A stretch of DNA of 63,610 bases, filler included, from Globobulimina sp. (Eukaryota), in assembly GCA_003354225.1 (NCBI GenBank). It is 17 parts of 17 records of this genome, joined end to end, with 100 filler letters (N's around TTAATTAATTAA, not from the genome) between each part and the next. Parts side by side here need not be neighbours in the genome. Positions count along the whole stretch, not along the records: positions 33,750 to 37,396 come from PIVH01002330.1; positions 37,497 to 41,143 come from PIVH01002331.1; positions 41,244 to 44,890 come from PIVH01002332.1; positions 44,991 to 48,637 come from PIVH01002333.1; 13 more parts are not named here. The stretch is one strand, 5' to 3'. Below the pieces are notes generated by a model. The model saw nothing but the letters and a program-made list of their open reading frames with translations. It was not told the origin of the DNA and did not search any database. The position numbers and the translations under genes were made by a program. How positions within the stretch are numbered: the stretch's first letter is position 1; every line of letters begins with the position of its first letter. Below are positions 35,588-48,127 of the stretch, one piece after another.

Positions 35588-37324
35588 TTACTGACTTGTC
35601 CAATTTTGACAAGCTTGAAATATCATTTCCGGAATGTCCTTCTCCTCACCTCTCGATAACATAAATTTGACACGTTTCTGCAAAATACACTGCTCGCGGA
35701 AATATTGAGCGCCACTAATAACTTTATCAATTATTTTAAATTTCTCAATTTCACCAAAATAATTCATCGCATATCCAAATACGATGTCGTCCAATTCAGC
35801 GCTAAAAATATGTTGTTGTTGTTCTGTTACATTTTCATTCGAACGGGAAAATGCTGCCGAATTTTCTTTATTATTTGGATATTTTATAGAAATTCTTTCT
35901 TTTTCGAGTCGATCATATCTTTCTTGAATAATTCGCTGTTTTTCCAATTCAGCAATCTCTTTAAATGGAGTTATTAATTCCTTTAATGTGGTATCTAATG
36001 ATTCCTTTTTATTTTTTCCTTGCAACTGTTTCATTTTTTTAGTTGTTGCATTCATAGCCACTCTCTCAAAATCCTGTTGATATACTTTATTTTCATTCAA
36101 ATATTTATTTACATCATTTACCATTTTATTATATAAAATATTAATTTCTGAATTTTTATCCGCAGAACGACCAAAACCGGCGGAGATCCTTTTAAATGTT
36201 GAATGGCTCATTGCTTTGCCAATATTTCCATACAAAGTAATATTTTCTAATCGTTTTAATGTATTAAAAATCTGAGCAATTCTCTGATGAACCGATGATG
36301 AGTCAAATCCTTCCGGCGCCCATTCGATGTTATAATCGGCGGCTTGTTCAAAACCAAGAATTGCCGCAATAAGCCAATTAATCAAAAAAAGCTCCATTTT
36401 GGGGATTTTATAATTCTCCGACTTCGCAAATTTACCACCTTGAGCCTTCAATCCATTTACACGAAATTTGAACCATTCCTCATAAACTTTTTGCTTTAAT
36501 GTCGGATTCTGATAATATTTCAAAATCTGTGTAACATCATTTTCATCTCTTTTTCCTTCACTTTGAACTAAAAAATGTGCTGCAGCGCCAACGCTAAACG
36601 ATTCAATTCGATTTCTGTCATATTTGTGTTGAGAACGTACCTTATTTACTGTTCCAGCGCCGCTTCTTTGTAATGGATATAATTTACGTAATCGAGTAAA
36701 ATCGGTCCATGCGCGAACCGTTGATTTCTGTATCAATTTCCAAGATATTCCATTTTTAATAAACCATTCTTTAATTAACGATTTGACCGAATTCGTACAC
36801 ATTTTGAACTTATATTTCTTTCTCGTGTTGAAATTGTCAAACATTTGCTTCTCTAAATAACCCAATAATAAAAGACCCTCTTTATTATGTCGAATTTGAT
36901 GGGGTTTTTTCTGTCCGACATACGATCGTTTGCCTAATCTCTCGATGTGACCATAGGTGTTCCATTCCGTTTTAATGGGTCGGTTTGGGTCTAATTCCTG
37001 CACTGACATAAGGGGACCGGTCAGAGTATCGGCATGATGAGGGTTATAATAATCAAAATTGCGATTTTTGCCTGTATTTGGGCGCGAATAATCATATTTT
37101 GTTGCTGGCGCTGAATTTGAGGCTGGCGCAGAGTTTGAAGGCGGCGCAGAGTTTGAAGGCGGCGCAGAGTTTGAAGGTTGCGCAGAATTTGTAGGCGGCG
37201 CATAGTTTGAAGGCGGCGCAGAGTTTGAAGGCGGCGCAGAGTTTGTTGGCGGCGCATAATTCGATGGTTTTGATGCTGTATTTTGTAAATCTGTCCATTG
37301 TAATTTTCTTCTTTTAAATGACAT
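35588..37324 (-). CDS. Hypothetical 578-aa intronless protein, possible second ORF of the Harbinger-like element
   Basis: Convergent with the transposase. N-terminal SNSAPP repeats and a coiled-coil-like C-terminal part. Confidence 0.55.
   Translation of the reverse strand: MSFKRRKLQWTDLQNTASKPSNYAPPTNSAPPSNSAPPSNYAPPTNSAQPSNSAPPSNSAPPSNSAPASNSAPATKYDYSRPNTGKNRNFDYYNPHHADTLTGPLMSVQELDPNRPIKTEWNTYGHIERLGKRSYVGQKKPHQIRHNKEGLLLLGYLEKQMFDNFNTRKKYKFKMCTNSVKSLIKEWFIKNGISWKLIQKSTVRAWTDFTRLRKLYPLQRSGAGTVNKVRSQHKYDRNRIESFSVGAAAHFLVQSEGKRDENDVTQILKYYQNPTLKQKVYEEWFKFRVNGLKAQGGKFAKSENYKIPKMELFLINWLIAAILGFEQAADYNIEWAPEGFDSSSVHQRIAQIFNTLKRLENITLYGNIGKAMSHSTFKRISAGFGRSADKNSEINILYNKMVNDVNKYLNENKVYQQDFERVAMNATTKKMKQLQGKNKKESLDTTLKELITPFKEIAELEKQRIIQERYDRLEKERISIKYPNNKENSAAFSRSNENVTEQQQHIFSAELDDIVFGYAMNYFGEIEKFKIIDKVISGAQYFREQCILQKRVKFMLSRGEEKDIPEMIFQACQNWTSQ
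37105..37262. repeat. Coding 18-bp tandem repeat (about 8-9 units, SNSAPP)
   Basis: GGCGGCGCAGAGTTTGAA units with variants. Confidence 0.92.
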
Positions 37325-37496
37325 TGAATCCGCATCATATTCATCACTTTGCTGCTGTTGTTGTTGTGGTTTGTTTCTTGGATATTTTTCAAATGTNNNN
37401 NNNNNNNNNNNNNNNNNNNNNNNNNNNNNNNNNNNNNNNNTTAATTAATTAANNNNNNNNNNNNNNNNNNNNNNNNNNNNNNNNNNNNNNNNNNNN

Positions 37497-38055
37497 CATT
37501 AATCATTTGGTCAAATTTTTCTTGACATTTACCATCAAATCGAATGACATTACATGCGTGAAAATACTCGTTGTAAGCCGCACAATCCATACCAACTACA
37601 TATTCATTCATCACATTCCAAATCTTATTTATTTGTTTCATTGCAACTTCTCTTGGTACTTTGCGGTTTTCATGCAATATTTTAATTGACTTCATTGCTG
37701 CAGTCCCGAGTTGAACATCCTCGCATTTCCTATAATCCATCATAATCCGCATCACTTCGTCTGCACTTTTACATTGTCTTAACTGAAGCTTAACATGTTG
37801 GTATCCAGAAGGTGTTTGGAGTTTCTGTTTTGTTTTGTATGTGTAAAATTGTTTTTCCTGTTCACGCAGTTGTTTTCCAAATTTTGAATATATCGACTTG
37901 GTAACATCAGATATATTCTCGGATGGATTGCTTTCTGTATTTCGTTTGTCTTTGGATACAACTTTTCTGAAATGTCTATATGATGCAATGATATTGTTTC
38001 TCTTCAATCTCTTGTAATATTGCAATGGAGTTGCATTTTTGACTAATAACGACAT
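37497..38055 (-). CDS. PPR-like helical repeat protein, 3' partial
   Basis: WNVMNEYVVGMDCAAYNEYFHAC resembles a PPR motif. Basic N-terminus. Confidence 0.55.
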
Positions 38056-38131
38056 TTTGCTTCTCTGACTAAAAAAAAACATTGCTGTGTCTGACTAAAA
38101 AAGCATCGGGGCGATGTTTGAATAATCAATA

Positions 38132-40580
38132 ATGGACACCACCACTCCATCACCCACACCATCACCCTTCACAAACGCATTTGTAGCAAATGCAGACGAG
38201 TTATATGCTCAAATTTACATTTCTATTCCAATAGGATTAGCACTGGTTTGTTCTTATGTTTCATATGCAATTACGGCTTCTACTGCATTCTTTTGCAAAA
38301 TGTGCATTTATTTGTTTTTATAAGATAATTTTGTATTGTATAATTCGTTACTTTTGCCTTAATCAATGCGAGGTTAAACGGAATGAATCGCCATATATTT
38401 TACCTGATATTGAAGAATCAGCAAATAAAAATAATATTAAATATCCACAAATATCACATGGAACGTTTACGTGGATAAAAGATATTTGGACATTAAATTT
38501 AAATCAATTTTATTTTACCGCAGGCTTTGACGCTTTAGTTTTTGTATTATTCCTTCAAAATTGTACATATATTTGTTTGTTATCACTGCCTTATGCACTC
38601 CTTATATTATTACCCGTTTATGCGACATCAGAAGGTAAGGACGCATCCACTGATTGGTGCGATAGAATAAGTTTAAATACAGTGGGCATACAATCACATC
38701 GATTATACGCCACATTAATTGGTCAATATCTATTTTCCTTCATTGCGCTATATTATTTATCGAATATTTTTTTAAAAATCGCACATTTAACAGATCATTA
38801 TTTCATCGATTCAACGCATATTAAAAACATTGGTACATTCTCATGGTTTAATTATAACCAACCAATAAATCCATATCAATCCAATTCAATCGGTTTCGTT
38901 GTGAATGATAATAAAAGCGATGTTGGTTTAAAACAGCAAATAAATGAAGAGGAAGAAAAACATATTAACGATGTTACCGTTTCCATGCCGCCAATTGATA
39001 GATATACAGTGATGTTAAGGAACTTGCCGCCGCATTTACGGGACCAGGTAGCCTTTGAGCGGTTTATGAAACAATTATTTGCTGATAAAATTGTGAAATG
39101 TGTGTTGGTGCCGGACGTGACTGAGTTGGATAAAGTTTACACTCAGATCCAATATCATACGAATAAATTACAAAAGCTGAGCGAAAAACATAATTTAAAT
39201 TTTGAAGACAAAGATAAAGCTCCAACCAAAATATATGGCAAAACTAAGTGCTTCGGCTTCTGTGGAAATAATGTTGATTTGATACAATATCATGAAACCG
39301 AAAAAGCTGAGTTAATTTCAACATTTAATCGTTTACGAAATTCAAAATTAAAAGCGACGCCCACTGCTTTTGTGATTTTTAAATCTTTAAAAGATGTGAC
39401 GTCCTTTATATCCTCCCCAAAATGTTTAGATTTATTAATGGTTCATGTGAGCAGAGCACCTGCGGCCAAAGACTTGTATTGGCCAAATCTCTCTTTTTCA
39501 GACTCTGATTTGATTGGAAGCAATCTGTGTATTATTGGTTTAATGACCTTATTATTGATATTTTGGAGTATTCCGGTGATTTCAATTCAAGGCTTAGCGA
39601 ATATTGATGTGATAGTGGACGCATTCGGTGGTAATATCCACGCTCATTTAAGCACATCGACTATTTCTTGGATGCAGGGTTTTTTAACGGTGTTGGTATT
39701 GGATATATGGTTGAGCTCTGTGCCTATAATCAGCGATTTATTGAGTCGTGTTCAGAAACCAGGCGATCGGGGAACGCACGAAATGTTAATTCTGAAAAAA
39801 TATTATCTTTGTTTAATATTCATGGTATTGTTAGTTACGGTGATAACGAGCAGTATACTTAACGGCGCGAGTGATTACGAGGATTATTTTAAGAATTTTA
39901 CGAGTAATATTGGCAACATTGCCGATTTGTTAGCGACGGGTTTATCCAATATGTCCGTGTATTTTTTATTATATATTTTATTGAATACATTTATATGGCT
40001 TCCATTAGAATTATTTCGTCCATCGTATTATATTGGAATGAAATTAGGATTGACTGAACCGAATCGGTTTCAATATTCAGTGTGGGCTCCAAAGACGATG
40101 TTGATATTTTCTATTTTATTGACGTACTCTGTGATGAATCCAATTATGTGGATATTTGGTTTATTTTTTTTTGTATTGGCAACGTTTGTATTTAAATATC
40201 ATTTATCAATGTCATGGATATCGGAGTTTGAGATTGGACCAAAACAATGGATTGCAATGTATGATTTGATTAGATATACTTTTATTATATCGAATGTTAC
40301 TTTGTATGGATTTATTTTATTGAAACAAAGTTATGTCTGTTCAGTATTATTAATTCCATTGTTAATATTTATTTGGATATTTACTGGAAATATGAAATTA
40401 AAGTTTCATAAAATATTTAATTCGTCGTCGTTGATATCTGCTCAGCGTAAAGATGCACAAATGCAACATTTAAATTTAAAAATTGATGAGAAAGAAGCAA
40501 ATGATGTGTATTTACCACCTGTTATGTCTATTAAATATAAACAGGATGAACAGCCATATTATCAACAGCCATATTATTAA
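38132..40580 (+). CDS. OSCA/TMEM63 (CSC1-like) mechanosensitive channel
   Basis: Intron 38246-38324. GFDALVFVLFL, YTVMLRNLP, TAFVIF, RAPAAKDLYWPNL, YSVMNP. Confidence 0.92.
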
Positions 40581-41243
40581 TTAACAGCCATCTATAAAAA
40601 ATAAAACATTTATCACAATTTAATTATAATCTACTTCGTTTTTTGGTTCGTTTTTTAAATCGCCGACATTCTCATACTTACAACAAAAAACATCCCCACT
40701 CACTTCAATCACTACATTAACAACCATCCTCTCTCCACAATACATCAACAGAAAAGTGATCATCGATCCAACTAACTGCATCGTCATCGTCAACGTTCAA
40801 ATCAAGTATGTGACTATAATCTCAATTATTACATTCAGCCAATCCATTTTTTATTTGCTTTGATTCAAAACCAAAAACCAAATTCCTTTCTCTGTTTATA
40901 CCGTTGCATTTGCCTTTTTGTTTCCACTCTTTCTTTCCATTAATTTGTTTTCTGTCATCCATTGCACATTCATTGATATTCCATATTCATTATACGTTCA
41001 TTATCATTTCATATTACCTGATATTCATCCTTTTTCTATGTGTCATATCTGATTCTGGCCAAATTCAACAAAAAAAAAAAATAGTAATTTTCCAATTTGC
41101 AATTGCAAAATCACAAAACAGGAACACTTTATAGATACATGTANNNNNNNNNNNNNNNNNNNNNNNNNNNNNNNNNNNNNNNNNNNNTTAATTAATTAAN
41201 NNNNNNNNNNNNNNNNNNNNNNNNNNNNNNNNNNNNNNNNNNN

Positions 41244-42369
41244 CAGGCACTTATCCCATCGCAGCCACCACAATCACTCATACCCCATTCCCACGATCCT
41301 TGATATCCATTCTGATACAAATACTTATATTGTTGCGTGTTGTCGTTAAAAGGCGGAGGGTTTCCTTGCGCATTAAACTCGCCCACAATTAACGGCTTAT
41401 TCAAGTTATAGGCAGCTGCCTTTTGTTTGAAAGGCTGACTGTTTCCATATGCTCCATTATATGAATAGCAATGAATCTGATAAAAGTCAAATATTCCATT
41501 CTGTTTTCCGCCCGCTTGCCGTAAACAACTATCACTCCAATAATTGAAGTATCCCATAGTATCAGTCGAGGCTTTCTCACTCCACGAACCCATCGTAACC
41601 AACGCCTTTCGGTCTGCACTGTGTATGGCTGCTGCTAACAAATTGGCGAAACGCTGTAAATCTCGCATTTGAATGTTCGAGCCAGTCCAACCAGCTCCGG
41701 TCCCTTGCAACTTACTCGTGTCATAACAGGCATTGCTATTCGATCCAATGGCCACTGAGCCTTCAGGTTCGTTCATTATTTCCCAGCCACCCAAAGCTGT
41801 TTCGTTTTTTAAGGCGGTGACCATTGGAATCAATGCCTTGTCAATGAATGTCTGCATCTGTAATTACTCCCTTTTCTGCATCTTTTATGCTCACAGCACC
41901 GTTCCACAATGATAAGAATACCAAAACATTTTGCTGCGCTGCAGATTGTAGATATAATCTCAAATCTGAAATCAACGTATTTGCTTTGTCCGTGCCAATC
42001 ACATTTCCGCTGTTATCAAATTGCGGCATATTCTGTCCTTCACAAAATAACCACATTCTTATTGAATTGCCAGATGCTCTGCGAATATCAGTTAATGTTT
42101 CGTTGACGGTACAAAACACATTATTCGGTTGATTGTTACCAAAGTCATTGGAATATCGATCCCCTGCTCAGGCCACTCAGTTTAGTTTGAACATGTTTGT
42201 ATAAAATATATATAATTAAATATATACACATACAAGGTTGATTAGCGCCATTCAAAAATACTTCCTTACCATTCAATTGGAATGTCTTTTGTTGAACTTG
42301 TAGAAAGTAAGGAGCACTGTATATTACCTCAAGGCAACACAAAGACAAAGTTGTTAACAACAAAAGCAT
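41244..42369 (-). CDS. GH5 endo-beta-1,4-mannanase (animal/GH5_10-like), frameshift near 41855, 3' partial
   Basis: Signal peptide; intron 42164-42233 gives NQPWDRYSNDFGNNQ; GWEIMNEPEG, FYQIHCY, KPLIVGEF. Confidence 0.88.
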
Positions 42370-42416
42370 GCTTAAAAACTAAAGAAAACTTAAAAAGAAG
42401 AATTAATAATTAACAA

Positions 42417-43064
42417 TCATAAATTGCTGTTCCTCTTTGATAATATCACCACTTTTCTCTTGGAATTCTGCCGAGACCATGTCAGTGATATAAATTCCAA
42501 TGAATCCGGAAATGCACTGTCATGCAGGCCATCATATGTGATGTGGTTTCCCTCCAATCCTAAAACCCGTAAATCCTTCGGCCATTTAACATTAGTAATA
42601 CGAGAAATATTATTCTTTTTCAAATACAATTCCTGCAAACCATCAGGAAAAACGATGTTTGATATATCTGTTAATCTATTTCCTTGACATGATAATGATC
42701 GTAAATTGACTGGAAATCGAACATTGGATAAAGTGTCAATAAAATTATCATTCAAATTGAGACATTGAATATTGTCATTGAAGCGTATCTCCCATAATGA
42801 AGTTGTTATATTTTGTTTTGATAAATCACAGCATCTGTCGTATGTGCCCATTATTGGCAGTATAGTGCATTGTTTATGTATGATAGACTGTACTCTGCGG
42901 CCTTCCCTGCTGTAAAGATAATCATTTATTACCTTCAAATCAAATTTATACTTTCCAAATTTTCGTCTCACTGCATACATTGGTAACGCATAATGAACAT
43001 CGGGACCACAATGCACAAACGTAATTGTAAATAGTGGTGCAAACAACAACAGCAAACACAACAT
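42417..43064 (-). CDS. Secreted leucine-rich repeat protein
   Basis: Signal peptide plus LxxLxLxxNxI repeats. Confidence 0.85.
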   Translation of the reverse strand: MLCLLLLFAPLFTITFVHCGPDVHYALPMYAVRRKFGKYKFDLKVINDYLYSREGRRVQSIIHKQCTILPIMGTYDRCCDLSKQNITTSLWEIRFNDNIQCLNLNDNFIDTLSNVRFPVNLRSLSCQGNRLTDISNIVFPDGLQELYLKKNNISRITNVKWPKDLRVLGLEGNHITYDGLHDSAFPDSLEFISLTWSRQNSKRKVVILSKRNSNL

Positions 43065-43116
43065 TCTGTCACTAGTGACTCACTACGTAAAAACTTTTCA
43101 CAAAAGTAATTGTAAC

Positions 43117-43953
43117 ATGGCAGCAGCACAGTCAGAGTGCGTAAAAGCACTTCAAAGGGTTGTTAAATCAGTGGAAGAAGTTGTTATCAGCAGAAAACTG
43201 ACAAGAACTGTACGTGAATGTATTTTATGTTGTTAGATATATAAATACCTACAATGTAAAAAAGAATAGCCACGAATTGTAGCAGTGAGTAAATTAAAAC
43301 CAACATATTTAATAAAAGAATTATATGATGCGGGTCATAGACATTTTGGCGAAAATTATGTGCAAGAATTAATCAAGAAATCATCGCAATTACCGGCGGA
43401 TATCGAATGGCATTTTATTGGACATTTACAAACAAATAAATGCAGAGAGATACTAAAAATAGCAAATATTGCGTTGATTGAGACTGTTGATTCAGAGAAA
43501 TTAGCCAAAGAATTAAATAAACGGCTGGGAGATTCCTATGAATCATTAAATATTATGGTTCAAGTAAACAGCAGCGAGGAAGCACAAAAAAGTGGGATAT
43601 CACCGGATAAATTATTGTCTTTGATTGAATTTATAATTCTAAATTGCCCAAAATTAAAAATCATCGGTTTAATGACAATCGGCAGATTTGGAGATCCATC
43701 GCCAAAATATTTTAACGTTTTAATTGAATGCAAAAAAATGGTTTGTCAAAAATTTGATAAGCATTTTGATGAAAATGAATTCGAATTAAGTATGGGAATG
43801 AGTGCCGATTATATTCTTGCGACCCAAATGGGATCAACCAATCTAAGAATTGGCTCAACTATTTTTGGTCAACGACAACCAATACAAAACCCACAAAAGG
43901 GCGATAATGACAAAAATGATAACAACTTTGAGGAAAAGAAGGATGACAAATAA
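43117..43953 (+). CDS. PLPBP: Pyridoxal phosphate homeostasis protein (YggS/PROSC family)
   Basis: Intron 43210-43269. AVSK, FGENYVQE, WHFIGHLQTNK, LSMGMSAD, RIGSTIFG. Confidence 0.95.
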
Positions 43954-44024
43954 CATTATTTGCTTGAATCTTTTCGCAAGTTTTTGAAGTGGAAATAAAC
44001 CATTTTCTCATTTTAATTGCGACA

Positions 44025-44890
44025 ATGTCGGCAATAGCACCAGCAACACATCGTGTCGTAGTCACAGGGATTGGCGCCGTAACCTCGTTGGGCTTATCCT
44101 TTAACGAGACATGGAATAACATTTTAAACGGTTACTCCGGAATTAAGAAACAAGAATGGGAGCAACACCCTAATTTGCCCTGTAAAATTGCCGGCAAAAT
44201 ACCTCGAACCGACAACAATGTGATTGACTCGAACGACCCACACGGCGGCAATCCATCCAATGTGTCCCTCTTCAATCCCTCCAATGTGCTAAAAAAAGCA
44301 GAGACGTACTATACTGACCACGCCATACAATACGCCTTATCTGCTGCGGGCGAAGCCTTTCGTGACAGCGGCTTGGAGCAATATTTAAATGATGACAAGT
44401 TACGGGGTAAGAACTCCATCGTCGATCGCTATCGAATAGGCGTCGCCTTTGCCTCTGGAATGGGCGGCTTGCAATCCTTAGAAGCAGACCATGACAAATT
44501 GCAGCAAGGCAATTTCAAGAAGATATCGCCGTACTGCATACCAAACATGTTAGTCAATAGCAGCGGTGGCGCCATATCATTGCGGTATGGCTTGAATGGA
44601 CCCAATTTAGCGCAATCCACTGCGTGTGCTGCCTCTGCCCATGCCATCCAAGAAGGATATTTTTTAATTTCATCCGGCTTGGCCGACATTGTGGTTTGCG
44701 GCGGCACGGAGGCGGCCATCACGCCCTTAGCGGTGGCGGGCTTTTGTCGTTGTAAGGCATTGGCGACAAAATACAATGAGCAGCCAACCAAAGCGTCGCG
44801 GCCTTGGGATAAAAAAAGAAATGGCTTTGTGATGGGTGAAGGCAGTGCAGTGTTGATATTAGAATCTGAAGCTATGGCTCGCAAACGCGG
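44025..44890 (+). CDS. fabF: 3-oxoacyl-ACP synthase II-type, N-terminal part
   Basis: RVVVTGIG, STACAAS (catalytic Cys), SRPWDKKRNGFVMGEG. Confidence 0.94.
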
Positions 44891-44990
44891 NNNNNNNNNN
44901 NNNNNNNNNNNNNNNNNNNNNNNNNNNNNNNNNNTTAATTAATTAANNNNNNNNNNNNNNNNNNNNNNNNNNNNNNNNNNNNNNNNNNNN

Positions 44991-45793
44991 CCATCGACAA
45001 GCAAAACAAGCGCATTTATGTTACGATGGAGAAATTAAATGATGTAAATTTAGGCGAGATGTTAGCACCAAAGCATCGAGATTCATACAGACAGAATTTC
45101 GATGCAATTGACGTACAATATTTTATATTAGAGATTGCCGCCGATTTACATAAATTGCATGGCGCCGATATGGTGCATTTAGATGTAAACCCAGAAAATA
45201 TCATGCAACGACATAATAAAAATGGCCATGTCAAATGGTGCGTCATTGACGGTGGTTTAATGACGAAATGTAACCAAAAAGTAAATTGGTTTAGTGGCAG
45301 TGTCGGTTATACAGCGCCAGAAATTGGGTATAACACAGATGTGGAAAAAATAAATAATTATATCACCGCCAAGGCAGACACATTCTCATTCGCCTTAACC
45401 ATTTTATTTGTGTTGACTTTGGGCAAACGCAGTGTTTTTATGCCACGCAAGTCCGCATTCAATAAATATTGCCAAAACAATAAACTTTGTGCAGATAGCC
45501 TGCCTGAATATGTCCATTATTATTACAACGAAGTTGTAAAGACACGCGGCAAGAAATTAATCAGATCCTTCGTAATGCGGCTGGTTAAAACTGGCGCCGT
45601 TAAAAAGGATTTACTTGTTTTGTTACTACAAATGTTGGCTTCCACCGCCTCCAAAAGACCATCAATGATTGAGATAATACGCAATAAATGTTTCAAAAAA
45701 TTAATCAAAATCGATGTTGAATCCAACCAAATTTTCATTAAAAAGAGAAATAAAGAAAATGATAATGATAATGAATATAATGTATTAATATGA
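44991..45793 (+). CDS. Divergent Ser/Thr protein kinase, 5' partial
   Basis: HLDVNPEN, IDGG, GYTAPE, ADTFS, KRPS. Confidence 0.8.
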
Positions 45794-45964
45794 TAATGAC
45801 AATGACAGTTTTTTTGTTGTGCTTTTTCTTGTGCTTTTTTTGTTTGTCGATCACAAGAAAATGATAATTAAAAAGCTGTAAATAATAAATTTTCTTTGTA
45901 TTTTTTATTCTGGATTTGGTCTTTTTTATTTTATTTTGATTGACTGCATGATATTTTATCCGCA

Positions 45965-46112
45965 TTATTTGTATTTTTCTTTTTGCAAACCCATGATTTG
46001 TATTTATTTCTGACACATGATTTGTATTTATTGCAAACGCATTATTTGTATTTATTTCTGACACATGATTTGCAAACCCATTATTTGTATTTATTTCTGA
46101 CCATGATTTGCA
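45965..46112. repeat. Composite minisatellite
   Basis: Recurring ATTTGTATTTATT, TCTGACACATG and TTGCAAACCCA modules. Confidence 0.8.
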
Positions 46113-46198
46113 CATTTTTGGAATATATTGTTTAGTAAAGTGAAAGATAGTAAAAAAAGTTGAATGTGCGGACTGAAACAAGTCAAATTAACTTCACC

Positions 46199-47503
46199 AT
46201 GTCGTCAACGTCGAAACTCTCAGTGAATGCAGCCATTTTCATACCATCAATGACCATAAAAACTAGTAATAACAAGGCACGCACGACGTGGATTGAAATA
46301 CAATCACTAATTGAATCAATATCATCTCTAAAGTGTGAAATGGTGGAAAGCAATAACTTGTTTCAAACAAAACAAAAAGAATTAAGATCATATTTCGCAT
46401 TGAGTTATTCGTATAATTCAACCACATTGGAAGAAATTAATGTAATTCGCGACATTCTCAACTCATTGAAAACATTGCATGATTCCTTACTGGTTCACTT
46501 AAACAAACTTACCGCATCTTTCCATTCGAATTACCAGCATTATATCCATCAAAAGATACCAACACAAACAGTATACACTGACAATGACAGACATACACAA
46601 CAAATATCGGCAAAACAACACGATTTGTTAATAGTTGGATATATTCGGACTAAGTGCACTGGCAAAATGGCCGTGGATGTTATGAATATTATTAAATCAC
46701 AAATTACTTATTTTGGTCAAACTCAATTTATTTGGAATTTAAAAGACATTGCAAAGCACAACAAAGTAAGCAAAGCCATTGTAAGTGACATATTTTATTG
46801 CGAGGATGTCGCATTTCGATTATGTTTGGATGAGAATGGATTGCATCTAAATATCGACTCATTTGGACCCGACATATCGTACATTTTACTTTCCTATGGA
46901 TTGGTTTGTAAAAATGCATCGCTTATCTTCCAAAACACGCAAATGTTTGATTTCAAACTGGTACAAACATTACAAAGATCATTGAATTTGCGATTGATTG
47001 AATTTAAGACTGTGAAACAAATGGCAATCCGTTGTAATGTACGTGTGTTATCCGTTTGTTATGGTAATTCTGTGAAACACAAACAAATAGAAATGAGACG
47101 GAATTTCATTTATAATTTTAAAATGGAGGATTTGGTGCGAATGGAATTGCCGTATGGCTCGATGAGTGATACCGATACGTTTGATAATAATAATTGGTGT
47201 TTGCGATATAACATTGTTGGGGGAGTGCTCGTGTTAGGTTTGCATTTGCTGCAATTACCGCAGAATGTGTCTAAAATTGGTGTCAAATATGGTATAAAAG
47301 TGAATTATAGCAATGATCACGAATATTGTATCAAATATTTTAGTTATACAAAGTGTACACATCTTTGGAAATGTGAGTTTGTGTCACAATTGCTAGCATT
47401 CCCCAATTCTATCCTTAATGTATCAGTACAGGTTTTGACGGTGTTCGATGCAAACAATGAATATGTATCGGATTGGAGGAGATTTGGTATAGTTTTTGAA
47501 TGA
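46199..47503 (+). CDS. Hypothetical protein with PAM2-like motif and MATH-like beta domains
   Basis: SKLSVNAAIFIP near the N-terminus, LLIVGYIR, FIWNL..SDIF..F.LCL. Confidence 0.55.
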   Translation: MSSTSKLSVNAAIFIPSMTIKTSNNKARTTWIEIQSLIESISSLKCEMVESNNLFQTKQKELRSYFALSYSYNSTTLEEINVIRDILNSLKTLHDSLLVHLNKLTASFHSNYQHYIHQKIPTQTVYTDNDRHTQQISAKQHDLLIVGYIRTKCTGKMAVDVMNIIKSQITYFGQTQFIWNLKDIAKHNKVSKAIVSDIFYCEDVAFRLCLDENGLHLNIDSFGPDISYILLSYGLVCKNASLIFQNTQMFDFKLVQTLQRSLNLRLIEFKTVKQMAIRCNVRVLSVCYGNSVKHKQIEMRRNFIYNFKMEDLVRMELPYGSMSDTDTFDNNNWCLRYNIVGGVLVLGLHLLQLPQNVSKIGVKYGIKVNYSNDHEYCIKYFSYTKCTHLWKCEFVSQLLAFPNSILNVSVQVLTVFDANNEYVSDWRRFGIVFE

Positions 47504-48127
47504 TCTGAACTTGTTTCATTATGTCTTCAACCTCCTTTTAAGATATTATTAATGCGTCTCAATACATGGTCAGCTAAATAAATGCCAATGTATTTGCTAT
47601 CCGGACCCATCACTTGTTTCGCACGCATCAACCACACTCGCTTTATACTTAAATTGCGATAATATGGTATCGATCACTGTCCAGTCTATCCTGTGGTTGC
47701 TGGGCCTCATCCGCCTGAGACTGCGCCGCATATTTCTCAAAATACATAAAATCTGTCTCAATATCATCAAATTCAACGATTCATCATCACTTAAATGCTC
47801 AGCATCATCATCCAAATATTTTCTCAAGTCGACGTACGCCATATTCTTGCAGTAAAGCTAGGCGATAATTCATGTCTATATTTTATCGATTGTTCCAATG
47901 CAAAAACTTAACTTCACTTCACTTGAAAAGAATACTGTCGATCCACTTAACAGAGCAACACCAACAACACCATTTGTTAATAGTTGCAATGAATATAATC
48001 AAACATTAAATAGAATTGCAATTGGTGCGATCGTGAAATATGATGAGCAATGAACAATGAAATTAATGAGAGCGAAAAAACAAACAATTTAATTAAACAA
48101 TTAATATAATAATAAAAAAAAAAAAAA

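Noticed and set aside
40780-40960. Minus-strand PH-domain-like tail (FGFESKQIKMDWLNVI)
   Set aside because: Too short and interrupted to support a gene call.
41858-41867. 10-nt GT-AG micro-intron (GTAATTACAG) that would repair the mannanase frame; similar 9-nt GTTTATAAG over the DUF1336 stop
   Set aside because: Shorter than any spliceosomal intron I know of, would remove conserved-looking residues, and does not explain the RdRP lesion. RNA-seq could still test it.
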